In this document: one piece after another, positions 45,811-57,336 of the stretch
Numbering within the stretch: position 1 is the first letter of the stretch
How the letters are laid out: the number at the start of each line of letters is the position of its first letter
Source: Candidatus Eiseniibacteriota bacterium
GTDB taxonomy: Bacteria > Eisenbacteria > RBG-16-71-46 > CAIMUX01
Assembly: GCA_041390305.1 (NCBI GenBank)
Contig: JAWKQE010000005.1
Span: 144,380-208,379, forward strand
Reading direction: 5' to 3'
Length of the DNA stretch: 64,000 nt
Position numbers and translations under genes: made by a program
Notes under the pieces: model-generated
Databases searched by the model: none
The model's input: only the letters and a program-made list of their open reading frames with translations
What the model was told of the DNA's origin: nothing

Positions 45811-47529
45811 TCAGGTGCCAGACGGTGCGGCCGGCTGGCGTCTCAGTCGGGTGTTCCACGCCTTCCCGAGCGGCAGCCAGGGCGTGCCGTCGAAGCCCTC
45901 GACCCGGGACCGAAGTAGATCGATCCGCTGCCGCCGGACGAGATAGGTCACGGCCTGATCCCGCCGGACCTGCTGTTCGAGGAGGCGGGCGAGACGAACG
46001 ACGTCGTCTCCATCGCTCCGATAGGTCTCCCGGATCAGGGAGTCAGCGACAGCGCTCTGGTAGCCCATCCCGTTCCAGCTCCCCCACGAGGCGTAGAGCC
46101 CGGAGAGGTCCAGGGAGAGGGGCGGTTGGAACCCGAGGAGCGCGACCTCGAAGTCGCCGGCGAGGTAGCGCCGCCACACCTCCGGTCCCTCGAGCGGGAT
46201 CGGACGGAGCGCGACCCCGATCCGGGCGAGGTCCTCCTCCAGGTACGTCGCGATCTGCTCCCGCACCTGGTTGTTCCGGTCGTAGATCATGTTGAGGAAG
46301 CGCCGCGGCGGGGCCCCGGGCGGCAGCGGCGTCGGATAGCCGAGTTCGAGGGACGCGGCCAGGATGTCGGGGACCAGAACCGAGTCTCGGTCGGTGAAGA
46401 AGCCGCCGCCGGGGGATGCGTAGGTTTCGTCGCCGATCGCGAAGAGCCGTCCGATCCGGCCCCGATCGATGACGAGATCCGTGGCCCGTCTCAGTTCGGA
46501 CGGCAGCCCGGGAAGCGCAACATTCCAGCAGAGCATTTCGATCGAGCCGATGGCGCCGGCGTAGAGTGCGACGGAACCGTCGTCCCGGGTGCGACGCGCC
46601 ACACCGTCGGCCGAAACGTCGAGCGCGACGTCCGCGTCTCCCCGCAGGACTCGTTCGATCCGGCCCGGATCACCCGGCAGTACGTCCGTCAGGATCCCCT
46701 CGATCTTCGGCTCGGCCGCCCCTTCGGCATCCTTCCGCGCGACGAGACGAAGCTGATCCGACCGCGTCACCGGCTCGAGCCGGAACGGCGCGCCGCGCGG
46801 CGGGACGGGTGTCGGCACACCCGGCTCGGGCTTCAGCGCGCCTGTGGTGAGATCGATCTTCACCTGGGGTAGGACCGGAGCGGTGGCGACCTCGGTCGCA
46901 AGCCACTCCGGGACGCCGGGAACGAACCTCAGGACGACGAGACTGTCCCCCATCACATCGATGGCCCGCAGGATCCGATCCCGGCCGCGCGGGTCCCGCC
47001 GGGCCTGGTCCGCCGCGACCCGACCGGCGGCACCCTGACCGCTCCCGCGCGGTCCCGGGCGGGTGGGAAGGAGGTTCCTCTCCTCGAGGAAGCGGTAGGA
47101 CCGCACGACGTCACCCGCCGAGATCGGCTCGCCGGTACTCCAGCGACGACGCGGGTCGAGGGAGAGGAGGAGAGACCGGTCCTCCGGGTCCCACCTCCAC
47201 GCTCTCGCGAGATCAGGCCGTGCCTTGGGTAGCGCCCGAATCGGACCACCCGACGCACCCATGGCCGCTGGAGATTCGGGCTCCAGACGGAGGAGCGCGG
47301 GATAGAGATACCGCCAGAGCTCGAGGCGGAACGGCCGACGTCCTTCGAGCGGATCGACGGAAGGTGGCACCGGCACGACGACGCGCAACCAGGGCGTCGT
47401 GATCGCCTCGGTCGCGGGATTCTCCGTGTCGACTTCGGTGTCCACTCCCTCACGTCCGCAGGCGTGGAGAACGAGGCTGAGGGCGAGGGCGAAGAGAAGA
47501 CCGATCGAACGAACCGCGGACCGCCTCAC
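45811..47529 (-). CDS. Solute-binding protein family 5-like lipoprotein (orphan ABC-type peptide/nickel SBP homolog); GTG start
   Basis: Lipobox LVLHAC. SBP_bac_5-like motif [20 protein letters not shown]. The start overlaps the aroC stop by 4 nt. Confidence 0.5.
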   Translation of the reverse strand: MRRSAVRSIGLLFALALSLVLHACGREGVDTEVDTENPATEAITTPWLRVVVPVPPSVDPLEGRRPFRLELWRYLYPALLRLEPESPAAMGASGGPIRALPKARPDLARAWRWDPEDRSLLLSLDPRRRWSTGEPISAGDVVRSYRFLEERNLLPTRPGPRGSGQGAAGRVAADQARRDPRGRDRILRAIDVMGDSLVVLRFVPGVPEWLATEVATAPVLPQVKIDLTTGALKPEPGVPTPVPPRGAPFRLEPVTRSDQLRLVARKDAEGAAEPKIEGILTDVLPGDPGRIERVLRGDADVALDVSADGVARRTRDDGSVALYAGAIGSIEMLCWNVALPGLPSELRRATDLVIDRGRIGRLFAIGDETYASPGGGFFTDRDSVLVPDILAASLELGYPTPLPPGAPPRRFLNMIYDRNNQVREQIATYLEEDLARIGVALRPIPLEGPEVWRRYLAGDFEVALLGFQPPLSLDLSGLYASWGSWNGMGYQSAVADSLIRETYRSDGDDVVRLARLLEQQVRRDQAVTYLVRRQRIDLLRSRVEGFDGTPWLPLGKAWNTRLRRQPAAPSGT

Positions 47530-48650
47530 TTCCGTCCGTCCCGCATCCGCTCGACGGCCGCCGTCATCGAGAGCTGCCGGAGCCAGTGGTCGACCAGCAC
47601 GAGGGCCGTCATCGCCTCGACCACAGGCACGGCGCGGGGAAGGACGCACGGATCGTGCCGCCCACGCGCCTCGAGCGTGCGGCGCCGACCTTCACTGTCC
47701 ACCGTTCGCTGCGGTTTCCGGATCGTCGCGGTCGGTTTGAAGGCGACGCGAAAGACGATCGGCTCGCCGTTCGAGATGCCGCCCTGGACGCCTCCCGAGT
47801 GGTTCGTCGTCGTCCCGATCCGCTTCCGGCCGGTCTTCCGATCCGTGCGCGCGACGAACGGATCGTTGTGCTCGGATCCGCGGAGCAGGGTTCCGCCGAA
47901 CCCCGACCCGATCTCGAACCCCTTGCTCGCCGGGATGCTGAGCATCGCCTTGGCGAGGTCCGCCTCCAGTCGATCGAAGACGGGGATTCCGAGTCCGGCC
48001 GGCGTGCCTGTCACGACCGTCTCGACCACTCCGCCGAGCGAATCACCGTCTCGCCGGGCCTGGTCGATCGCGTGGGCCATCTTCTCCGCGGCGTCCTCAT
48101 CCGGACAGCGGACGTCGTTCGCGTCGACCTTCTTCCGGCTGAGACGCTTCGGGTCCGCCGCTTCGATCGACCCGACCTGGCGGACGAAGGAGATGATCGA
48201 GACGCCCTCGGCCAGCCCGAGGATCTTCTCCGCGATCGCGCCCGCAGCCACGCGTCCGACCGTCTCGCGTGCGCTCGACCGTCCGCCTCCCTGCCAGTTG
48301 CGGATCCCGTACTTGGCGTCGTACGTGAAGTCCGCGTGCGACGGCCGGTAGACGTCCTGGAATCCTTCGTAGGCGGAGGGACGGGCATCTTCGTTCTCCA
48401 CCATGAGGAGGATCGGCGTGCCGAGCGTCTTGCCCTCGAAGACACCGGACAGGATCCGGATCGTGTCCGACTCCCGCCGCGGCGTGGTGAGCCGGCTCTG
48501 CCCAGGCCGTCGCCTGTCCAGCTGGGGCTGGATATCCTCTTCGGAGAGAGGCAGCAGCGGAGGACAGCCATCGACGACCACGCCAACGCCACCCCCGTGG
48601 GACTCGCCCCAGGTGGAGATTCTGAACAGAGTGCCGAAAGAAGAACCCAT
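47526..48650 (-). CDS. aroC: Chorismate synthase
   Basis: Motifs [31 protein letters not shown] and [17 protein letters not shown] are diagnostic of AroC. Confidence 0.9.
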   Translation of the reverse strand: MGSSFGTLFRISTWGESHGGGVGVVVDGCPPLLPLSEEDIQPQLDRRRPGQSRLTTPRRESDTIRILSGVFEGKTLGTPILLMVENEDARPSAYEGFQDVYRPSHADFTYDAKYGIRNWQGGGRSSARETVGRVAAGAIAEKILGLAEGVSIISFVRQVGSIEAADPKRLSRKKVDANDVRCPDEDAAEKMAHAIDQARRDGDSLGGVVETVVTGTPAGLGIPVFDRLEADLAKAMLSIPASKGFEIGSGFGGTLLRGSEHNDPFVARTDRKTGRKRIGTTTNHSGGVQGGISNGEPIVFRVAFKPTATIRKPQRTVDSEGRRRTLEARGRHDPCVLPRAVPVVEAMTALVLVDHWLRQLSMTAAVERMRDGRK

Positions 48651-48791
48651 TGCGGCGAGATGCTATCCCGAGCCGCGAGGAAGTTCCACCGCGATGAGAA
48701 CGGGCTGGAAGTCCGCGCGCGGAGCCCGGCTCCGGGTTAGGATCGTCCTTCGCCCCGGAGACCGAGCCTTTGGGGCAAACGGAGGCACCGA

Positions 48792-50669
48792 GTGGACGCA
48801 AAGGAACGGGCCCTCTTCCGTAGCCAGGGCCTTCTTCGCCTGGACCGGGAACTCGAGGGCATCTCGATCCAGACATCCGACTCCCGATTCTTGAGATCCG
48901 CCCTCCGCACCGTCGCCGAGTGTCTGGAGGCGGACCTCGCCATGCAGGTCGACTACTCCCGGAGCGACATCGCGATCGACGGGAGCTTCCAGGTGGTCCT
49001 CACTCCAGGCGGACAACACCTCCTCGACGAGTCCCGCGGCACGGCATGCAGCGCCATCGGGCTGCGGCCCCACCGGTACACGCGGGCGTTCGAGGCGGCG
49101 GCGGAGCGGATCGTGCTCGGCCGTCCGATCGGCGACGTCCCCCAGTGTCTCCTCGTCGCGGTCATCAACACGGCGAGCCGTCGCACCGGTGCGCTCGGCT
49201 TCGTGCGCCACGGACGCGACTTCTCCAGAGAAGAGCTGCGCTGGCTTCTCGAGGCCGCGGAACGTGTGGAGCATCAGCTCACGGCCCGGGAGCGCGAACG
49301 CGCGCGTCGCCTGCGGGAACGGATCTCCGCCAAGATCTTCTCGGAACTCCGCCCCAAGGACGTCCTCTACCAGACGCTCCATGGACTCAAGAAGCTGTTC
49401 CGCTACGACCACTCGGGCGCCGTCCTCCTCATCGCCCCCGGGGGGGACTCCTGGACGGTGCAGGCGGAGATCGTCACGTGGACGAAGGGGAAGTCGGAAC
49501 GGATCGGCCTCGAACGAACGCTCGATCCCGAAGTCCGCGACTGGCTCGCCCAGCGTCGGCATCCGATCCTCATCGCGGACGGCGCCGTTCACCTGAGTAG
49601 TGGACACGGAAGCGACCGCAGCCTTCCCATACCCGAAGGCCTTCTCCGCTCGATCCTCGAGCCCGACCCGGAAGCGCCGGCCGCGCGGTCCTGCCTCCTC
49701 GGCGTGCTGAGGAGAAAGGACCAGCTCCTCGGAGTGATCCAACTCTTCGGACGCGGCGCGCGCGCATTCACGACGGAAGACGAGCGGACGCTCCTCAAGT
49801 TCCTCCCCCTGGCCGCGGCGACGGTCTACAACTCAGAGCTCTACGCGGCCCAGCACGAACGGATGGTGTCGGCGGAGCGGAAGGTCGGCCTGGGCGAACT
49901 CGCCCGCGCCATCTCGCATGATCTCAACAACGCGTTCGGCGTCTTCCTCCCCCTCCTCCAGACCATGCGGCGCGACATCGAAAGAGCGATGGGGAGCGAG
50001 ACACCGCTCAACGCAGAGCGTCTCAAGGAAGACGTCGACGTCGCACTCCACTACGCAGGCTACAGCGCGCGGATCTTCGAGGGACTCCTCTCCATGGGAC
50101 GCGGACCGACCGAGTCGTTCTCCTGGATCGATCCGAACCCGCTCGTCGAGACGACGCTGGCCATGGTCTCGCCGAGTTTCGAGACGCGGGCGGTGCGCGT
50201 CGAGACGTCACTCGAGCCCGTCCCCCGGATCTGTGCGCGCCGTGGCGAACTCGAACAGCTCTTCCTCAACCTGCTCTACAACGCGCGGGACGCCATGCCG
50301 AACGGCGGCACGCTCCGGTGCGCGACCCATCCCGTCGACGGAGGCGCCACCATCGAGTTCGCCGACACGGGAACGGGAATCTCGGACGAGATCCGGGAGA
50401 AGATCTTCGAGCCGTTCTTCACGACGAAGCGCGAAGGCACCGGCCTCGGCCTCGACATCTGTCGTTCGATCGTGTGGGAGTACGGCGGACGGATCGAGCT
50501 AGCGGGCCACCCCGAAGGCGGAACGATCGCGCGCGTGTGGCTACCCCCGTGTACGGAACGGATTCCGGAAGAGCTGCGGCGGGCTCATGGCGCCCTCATC
50601 CCGGCCGCGGCCGAGTCACGCACGGAACCCACGGTCGGATTCCGTACGAAGGAGAAAACTCCGCGATGA
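48792..50669 (+). CDS. Sensor histidine kinase (GAF-type sensory region + HisKA + HATPase_c)
   Basis: GTG start with GGAGG SD. H-box LGELARAISHDLNNAF. ATPase motifs DTGTGISDEIREKIFEPFFTTK and GTGLGLDICRSIV. Confidence 0.8.
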   Translation: MDAKERALFRSQGLLRLDRELEGISIQTSDSRFLRSALRTVAECLEADLAMQVDYSRSDIAIDGSFQVVLTPGGQHLLDESRGTACSAIGLRPHRYTRAFEAAAERIVLGRPIGDVPQCLLVAVINTASRRTGALGFVRHGRDFSREELRWLLEAAERVEHQLTARERERARRLRERISAKIFSELRPKDVLYQTLHGLKKLFRYDHSGAVLLIAPGGDSWTVQAEIVTWTKGKSERIGLERTLDPEVRDWLAQRRHPILIADGAVHLSSGHGSDRSLPIPEGLLRSILEPDPEAPAARSCLLGVLRRKDQLLGVIQLFGRGARAFTTEDERTLLKFLPLAAATVYNSELYAAQHERMVSAERKVGLGELARAISHDLNNAFGVFLPLLQTMRRDIERAMGSETPLNAERLKEDVDVALHYAGYSARIFEGLLSMGRGPTESFSWIDPNPLVETTLAMVSPSFETRAVRVETSLEPVPRICARRGELEQLFLNLLYNARDAMPNGGTLRCATHPVDGGATIEFADTGTGISDEIREKIFEPFFTTKREGTGLGLDICRSIVWEYGGRIELAGHPEGGTIARVWLPPCTERIPEELRRAHGALIPAAAESRTEPTVGFRTKEKTPR

Positions 50670-51835
50670 CGAAGAGCGACGGACCCGTCCCCCGTCGGCG
50701 TGTGCTGATCGTCGACGACGAGCCCGGCATGCGTTACATGGCGAGGCGGGTCTTCCAGGATCGCTTCGACGTGGTCGAGGCGGAACACGGGGAGGCCGCG
50801 CTCCGGATCCTGGAGGAGCAGTCGTTCCACTTCGCGGTCGTCGACGTGCGGCTCCCCGGCCTCTCCGGGCTCGAGCTCCTCACCCGGATCAAACTGCTGC
50901 GTCCCGAGATCGACGTCATCGTCATGACCGGCAGCTCGGCCGATCCGGACGAGGTCCTCGAAGATTCGATCCGTCGGAAGGCGTTCTTCTTCCTCCGAAA
51001 GCCGTTCCCCGTCTCCGTGCTCGAGACCCTGGCGGACCGGATCGTCGAGATCCAGGCGGCAAGGGAAGCGCTCGACCGACACATGCGACGCCTGGAACGC
51101 GATCTCGAAGCCGCGCGCAAGTTCCAGCGCCGACTCCTCCCGCCTCCCACGTTCGAGGAGTCCGGAGTCCGCATCGTCTCCCATCACGTCGCCTCCGAAC
51201 GCCTGTCCGGCGACTTCTACGACTACTGGCGCCTCCCGGGCGGCGAGGTCGTCGTCCTCATCGCGGACGTGATGGGACACGGGCCCACCGCCGCGATGGC
51301 GACCGGGATCATCAAGTCGCAGCTCCAGCGTTCCCTCGCGGAGCGGCCCGATCCGGCCGAGGCACTCGTCCAGTTGGAGCAGGAGCTAGTGCGCTCCCAG
51401 ATCAACGGCTTCGTGACCGCGTTCCTCCTCGTCTTCGGAACGGACGAGGTCCGGTACTGCGGCGCGGGCCATCCCGCGGTACTTGGGTTCACGAAGTCCG
51501 GGAACGCGTTCGAACTCCAGTCGAACGGAATCCCCGTGAACACAGGGTTCGCGCAGATCGAACGGAGCACACAATCCCATTCGCGCACCCACGGAGATCG
51601 GTTCTTCCTCTTCACCGACGGCTACACCGAAGGAGCGAACGGATCCGACGTCATGTTCGGAGAAGCGACCGAGGACGGCGCGTCCAGTCCGCTCTTCACC
51701 TGCATCGCGACCGAGGTGAGAGAAGACGGTGCGCTCGAGTCCGTGCTCACCGAGGTGGAGCGTGCCTGGGTCGCCCACACCGGAAGCCGGCAGAGCGACG
51801 ACGACCGGGCCGTGATCGGCATCGAGGTCTCCTGA
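50666..51835 (+). CDS. Response regulator receiver fused to a PP2C/SpoIIE-type phosphatase (RsbU-like)
   Basis: ATGA start/stop overlap with the kinase. REC domain (RVLIVDDEPGMRYMARRVF...VVDVRLPGLSGLELL). PP2C motifs GDFYDYW and FLFTDGYTE. Confidence 0.8.
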   Translation: MTKSDGPVPRRRVLIVDDEPGMRYMARRVFQDRFDVVEAEHGEAALRILEEQSFHFAVVDVRLPGLSGLELLTRIKLLRPEIDVIVMTGSSADPDEVLEDSIRRKAFFFLRKPFPVSVLETLADRIVEIQAAREALDRHMRRLERDLEAARKFQRRLLPPPTFEESGVRIVSHHVASERLSGDFYDYWRLPGGEVVVLIADVMGHGPTAAMATGIIKSQLQRSLAERPDPAEALVQLEQELVRSQINGFVTAFLLVFGTDEVRYCGAGHPAVLGFTKSGNAFELQSNGIPVNTGFAQIERSTQSHSRTHGDRFFLFTDGYTEGANGSDVMFGEATEDGASSPLFTCIATEVREDGALESVLTEVERAWVAHTGSRQSDDDRAVIGIEVS

Positions 51836-52237
51836 CGCGGCGGGAGGCGGAGCGGTGAGGCGGGCACCCGGAACGGAAGGTCGGAGTGGGGGCCCGGCGC
51901 GGGAGCTCATCAGCGTGGAGGCTCGACCTGAGGGCTCGACGCGGGGGCTCGACGCGGGGGCTCGAGCCGGAACCTCGAAACGGACGTTGCCCCCAGCGGT
52001 CCACCTGGGACCGCATCTCGGGAACCGTGCGGTACAGTTTCCGACGCGCCCCACCGGTCCCGCTCTCGCCCCGACGCAACTCAACCACCTGCGTCGGCGG
52101 CCCTTAGCACTCGGCACCTCCGGACGGCACACCTGTTGCTCCTCTTCCAGGGAACTGGGCGCACGGGGACCCCTCGAGTGTGCCGCCAGAGACATCCAGA
52201 TCGATGGGATTGGACCCCCAGGGAAAGGAATCACACC

Positions 52238-53245
52238 GTGCGACGCCTACTGACTCTCCCCCGCTCCGCTCGAATTCTCCCCGCAGCCCTCGTCCTCTTC
52301 GGTACGAGCGCGCTGCTCTTCTCCGCGGGTTGTTCCGACTCGAACGACCCCACCACGAGCCCCGACCCGACGAATCAGGAAGAAGAAGCGATCCCGACGA
52401 TCTCGGACGTGCAGAACGAAGTCGCCCTCACCGCGGAACAGGCGGCCGAGGTCGAGCGTGCCCTCAATCAGTGGCGGATCGAGTCCCGGCGCTCCGAGAA
52501 CATGGAAGACGTGCTGCTGGAAGACTCGCCCGCAGTCGCGTTCCTCGCCCGCTCCGCTCAGTCTCTGAACGAAGCGCAGATGGTCGCGCTTCGCGAGATG
52601 GCCGGCCGCGTGGAAGGTGCCCGCGCCGAAGAGTTCCGCCCGGAGCCGGGCGATCGCGCCGCCAGCCTCATCCCCGGAATCCGCGGCCTCTTCCACGGCC
52701 TCGATCTCAGCCGTGAGCAGGTCATCGCAATCCGCGACGCTCTGGCCGCGGCACGGGAAGACGTCTTCGATCTCTGCGAGCAGTATCGCGACGGCCTCCT
52801 CTCCGAAGAGGAGATGATCGCCGCGCGCGCAGAGGTGCGGGTGGAGCTCCAGGCCGCGATCGCGAACATCCTGACCGAGGAGCAGAACGCCGCGCTCGAG
52901 CAGAACAAGCTGAACATCCTCGCCCGTCGTCTCGACCATCTCCTCCAGCGCTTCGACCAGCGGACGGAGATGCGGGTCGGCCACCTCGATGCCCTTCTCG
53001 ACCTCTCGGACGAGCAGGAAGTCGCGATCACGGCCGTCATCGAAGCGGCCAAGCCTTCCATCGTCGCGCTTCTGGAGTCGATCGAGGCAGGTAACCTGAC
53101 CTCGGCCGAGGCGTGGGAAGAGTTCCGCTCGATCCAGGAAGAGACGGCAGCAGGCGTCCGCCTCGAGCTGACCGAAGACCAGATCGGGATCCTCGACGAG
53201 CTGCGCGAGATGCACGAGCCCTGTCGCGGAAACGTCGAACTCTGA
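52238..53245 (+). CDS. LTXXQ-motif (Spy/CpxP-like) periplasmic lipoprotein
   Basis: GTG start. Lipobox LLFSAGC. Multiple LTxEQ / LSxEQ helical repeats (LTAEQAAEV, LSREQVIAI, LTEEQNAALEQ, LSDEQEVAI, LTEDQIGIL). Confidence 0.5.
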   Translation: MRRLLTLPRSARILPAALVLFGTSALLFSAGCSDSNDPTTSPDPTNQEEEAIPTISDVQNEVALTAEQAAEVERALNQWRIESRRSENMEDVLLEDSPAVAFLARSAQSLNEAQMVALREMAGRVEGARAEEFRPEPGDRAASLIPGIRGLFHGLDLSREQVIAIRDALAAAREDVFDLCEQYRDGLLSEEEMIAARAEVRVELQAAIANILTEEQNAALEQNKLNILARRLDHLLQRFDQRTEMRVGHLDALLDLSDEQEVAITAVIEAAKPSIVALLESIEAGNLTSAEAWEEFRSIQEETAAGVRLELTEDQIGILDELREMHEPCRGNVEL

Positions 53246-53447
53246 TCGCCTGAGCAGGGAGCTCGGCAGTCGGACGGATCCGACGCGCTAGAGATCCGCG
53301 CTTCGTGAACACCGGGTACTTCGCGGCCCCCGGTCGATCGAAGCGCGGATCTCTGCATTTGAGCCAGGTCCGCGTCGCTCTATCAGAAGAGCAACACCGT
53401 GCGCCGGACAGAAGCACGGAGTAGAGGCACCTGCCGACTCGCCGAGA

Positions 53448-56212
53448 CTAGCGGAGCAGCACCTTCCGCACCGTCGCGCCGGCCGGCGTCTGCGCCCTCA
53501 GGAAGTAGATCCCGTGCGCTACGTTCGGCATGGCGACACCGAGTTCGTGCGTGCCCGCCGTGAGCTCACGATCGAGCAGGCTCTCGACGCGGCGGCCGCC
53601 CACGTCGAAGAGCCCCACACTCACCCGTCCGGCCACGGGAACCTCGAGCCGGAGAGTGGAGCTGCCCTCGGGTCCGGAGACGGAGAGACTCGCCTTCGGC
53701 AGTGCCGCGAAGTCCGGCGATCCCGTTTCCTGTTCGTCGAGGAACGCCATCTCGAGCGCGTAGTTCTCCGACCCTTCCACGCTGAAGTAGTCCTCGATGT
53801 AGAAGGTCCAGGTCCCTGGTGACGGGCTCTCGATGATCGCCATCTCCGGGCTGTCGATCGTGGCCGCGGGCACGAACTCGCCGCTCGGTCCGAAGATGAA
53901 CAGGTCGAGGTCGTAGGTCGGGAACTCTCTCCAGTCGTGATCCCAGGACAGGCGGACGCCGAGGATGCCGAACCCGGCGGGAACGTCGACTTCATGGATG
54001 GCGGATTCACCGAACCCGAGGCTTCCCGTCGCCGTGTAGTCCGCCGTGATGTCGAGCGGAACGCCCTCCATGCTGAAGCCGAGGCTGGCCGGACTGATGT
54101 TCGAGAACGGAGCGATCACGGTGACGCGTGCCTTGCCGGGCTCCGGGAACTCGTACGTGAAGCCGTCTCCCGGAGTCGCCGGGGACGAGACGAATCGGTA
54201 GTCACCACTCGCGCCACGCTTCGCCGAGTGAACGAGGAGAGCGAGCGCGTCCCCGATGAGCGGGTTCTGGTCCGCTCCGAGCGCCACGTCGTCGATCGTG
54301 AACTCGATCGCGGCCGTGTTCTCCGGAACGTCGACGAAGAAGTCGAAGGTCTCACCCGCGGCGAGCGGCGGCGTCCGGAACGACTGTACGTTCGCGGTCA
54401 GGTCGACTCTCCGAGTGAGGACGTGACGCAGGTCCGCGGGGTCCGCCGACATCGCGCCCGCCTCGAGCTCCGCGAGCGCGGCGGGCAGGTTGATGAATCC
54501 GTAGCCCTGGTCCCGCATGCTGAACGACCGAAGGTCCGAGATCGGGATTGCGCCGTTCCGCAGGGCGTTCGCGACGAAGGGGGCCTCATCCCCGAGCCCG
54601 TTGAGCTTCCCATACGCGGTCACGAGTGCGGCAGCGCCGGCCACGGTCGGAGAGGCCAAGGACGTCCCGACCGCAAATCCGTAGTTCGGCGTGTCCCTCA
54701 ATCCGTCGCCGTTCACGTCCGCGGTCGACGCCGTGAAGACGAGGAATCCCGTCGCCACCACGTCCGGAACGAGACGCCGGTCTGCCGTGAGACCGCGGGA
54801 GCTGAAGTCGCCGACCATCATCTCGTCGTACGGATAGACCAACTGCCCGATTCCGACGGAGCCGAACAGGTAGTCGATGCCCACCCGCGCGTGGAGCGGA
54901 TCGGTCACCGCGCCGACGGCGAGCCCCGTGTGCGCGCTGGCCGGGCTGCCGACGCTCATCAGCACCGGTCCCTCGTTCGATGCGGCGGAAACGACGGTGA
55001 TACCTGCGGCCGTGGCCGCGTCGACGAGGAGGTCGAGCGGATTCCCACCGTCGTTCAGCACGGGACCACTGAGGCTCATGTTGATGACGTCCGTATCGAG
55101 CTCGCCGGTCTTCTTCATCGAGATGACGAGATCGATCGCTTCCGCCACCCGCGCGTCGGGAGCGCTACCGATTCCGTAGGGGAAGACCTTGACCGCGTAG
55201 AGCGACGCTCCCGGCGCCGTCCCCATGAGCGCGATCGCGGCCGTTCCGTCGCCCAGGAACTCGACCGAGCCCGGACTGTTCGCGGCAACGGCGAGAACGA
55301 ACGGATCGTCGGCCGGAAGGACGAGTTCGACATGGCCGGCGACCATGCCGGACACCGCAGTGCCGTGACTGCCGTTCTCGATGGCGTTCCAGTCGAAGGA
55401 GAGACCGTCCGGGATGCTATCCCCGTTGTAGTCCCACGCCTGCTCCTCCGCCTCCGGAACGAGGTTCGTCCCCCCGATCACGTTCCCATCCAGCATCGGA
55501 TGGCCCGGATAGATCCCGCTGTCGATGACGGTGACGATCACACCGTCTCCGTAGTTCGTCTCCTCCCACACGTCGCTCGCGCCGGTCATGTCGTTGTACT
55601 CGGCGAAGGCACGCTTCGCGGAGTGGCGGTCCGGTGACCTGGAAGTGAGCAGTCCGGGATCCGTCGAACTGGGATCGAGCGAGCTGGGGTCGAGCCGCGT
55701 AGGATCGATCGCATCGGAGAGCAGTGACTTGGGATCGAGCGGCGTGCTGCGGAGCGGCCGCGACCGCAGCGGAACGATGCAATCCTCGGGCACGTCACCG
55801 AGATCGAACCGTCCCTCCAGCCCGGGTGGGAACGACGGCGGAAGGATCGCGGGATGGACCAGCGTCTGCCGCCCGACGAAGTCGATCCCGGCGAGACGTC
55901 CCAGATCGCCCAGCGCGTCCGGCGGCACGGTCGCCGACAGGGCCGGGATGTTCTCGAACCGATAGGTCACGATCCGCCGGCAGCTCCGATGGTCCGTGCA
56001 GCCGCCTCGAGGTTGGATCCCATGATCATGACCGGCAACTGCCCCTCAGCCGTCGGTGGGGCGAACGGTGCTGTGGACGCGAAGAACCGAGCGTCCGGTC
56101 CGATACTCGGCCCGGTGTCCGTGTCGGAGACTCTCGACCCGTCCGCCCAGGACGCTGCCGATGTAAGGAGGCCCAGGCCCAGAGCGAGCAGAGTCGTCTT
56201 CAGTGTGCGCAT
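53448..56212 (-). CDS. Subtilisin-like (S8) serine peptidase with FlgD-like/T9SS-type C-terminal domain; apparent -1 frameshift near 55970 separates the signal-peptide ORF (55967..56212) from the catalytic ORF
   Basis: Catalytic triad motifs VIDSGI (Asp), HGTAVSGMVAG (His) and GTSLASPTVAGAAAL (Ser). C-terminal ...GIYFLRAQTPAGATVRKVLLR. An upstream ORF in another frame supplies the signal peptide (MRTLKTTLLALGLGLLTSAASWA) with an AAGGAGGAG SD. Confidence 0.7.
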
Positions 56213-56586
56213 TCCTCGAACTCCTCCTTTGAGATGCGTTGGTAGCAGCCGGCCGTGCTGCCTGCTCCAGGAACGGGCGGCGGAACCCGCGGGGAGAGGT
56301 GCGGATTCCCAGCGAAGGGCCGGCGGTAGTCCTCCTGACGTGACGAATCTAGCAGCCGGAATGTTCACGGGCACGGGAAGTCCATGTGAGCTTCGGATCG
56401 TCGAAACAGGCCCGGTCGCAGATCGGCACGAGCGTGGGTACCCGCGCCGGCACCGGGCATTCACGAGAAAGTCGGGCTGAACTCGACCTTTCAGCCGCTG
56501 GGCACTTGATCACCTTCGCACTGCGATCGAACGCACGACGCATCGACGATGGTCGCAATCTATCCACCGACGGCCTATCCTTCACC

Positions 56587-57192
56587 ATGCTCCTTCTGCT
56601 GATCCTCTCCGCCACACTTCTGCAATGCCAGTCTCCGACGGTCGCTGAAGCTCCGAGCGACATCCACTCGCATCGGATGGTCATGGCTGAATCTGTCTCC
56701 GCGAGCATTCTCTCTCCCGCTGCTCGCGTTGTTTCGACGCATGCAGCGCCACTCATTCAAGAGAGACTTGGATCGCGACCAAGCGAGAATCGTCGGCCTT
56801 TGACGAACCCAATGGAAAGCCCCACGCTCTCCACACACCTGAAGGAGTACCTTCTGGGCTTGGTTCTTGGACTACCATTGACTTTGGTGGTCTGGTTCCT
56901 AGTGCGGGTTGCCAGCGGCCCACCGAGGAGCGTTGGCTGTATCATCCTCATTTCGTTGACCAGTGCATACCTCGGCCTCCGGAACTTGATCCCAAAGATG
57001 CGACTGTCTCAACCTACTTCGCTCGAACGAGAACTCGATGTCACCGATGGGGCGAATGGGGATTTCGGCTTCGCAGATGGCGTCGCGCTACTCCTCCTTT
57101 TGGTGGCGTGGAAGGTCGGCATCGACCTTTGGACAAGTCGACCAGAGGCAAGACCCACTTCCTCGAAGGATCGTGGGGCAGACGACGCGTGA
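56587..57192 (+). CDS. Hypothetical small membrane protein in a lower-GC (~56%) islet; start uncertain
   Basis: MLLLLILSATLLQC leader and two further TM segments. The local GC is clearly below the ~68% of the window. Confidence 0.3.
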   Translation: MLLLLILSATLLQCQSPTVAEAPSDIHSHRMVMAESVSASILSPAARVVSTHAAPLIQERLGSRPSENRRPLTNPMESPTLSTHLKEYLLGLVLGLPLTLVVWFLVRVASGPPRSVGCIILISLTSAYLGLRNLIPKMRLSQPTSLERELDVTDGANGDFGFADGVALLLLLVAWKVGIDLWTSRPEARPTSSKDRGADDA

Positions 57193-57336
57193 ACTCGTGC
57201 CTGAGACAGGGCCGACTCCAAGGCCGGCCGGCATGGGCCGCCTTTCGCCGCCAACACTTCGGGAGCTATACGGATAGCCCGATCCTTGCCGAACTACCGG
57301 ATCACACGCGTTCGGCAAGGATCTCGTGCTGCCCCC

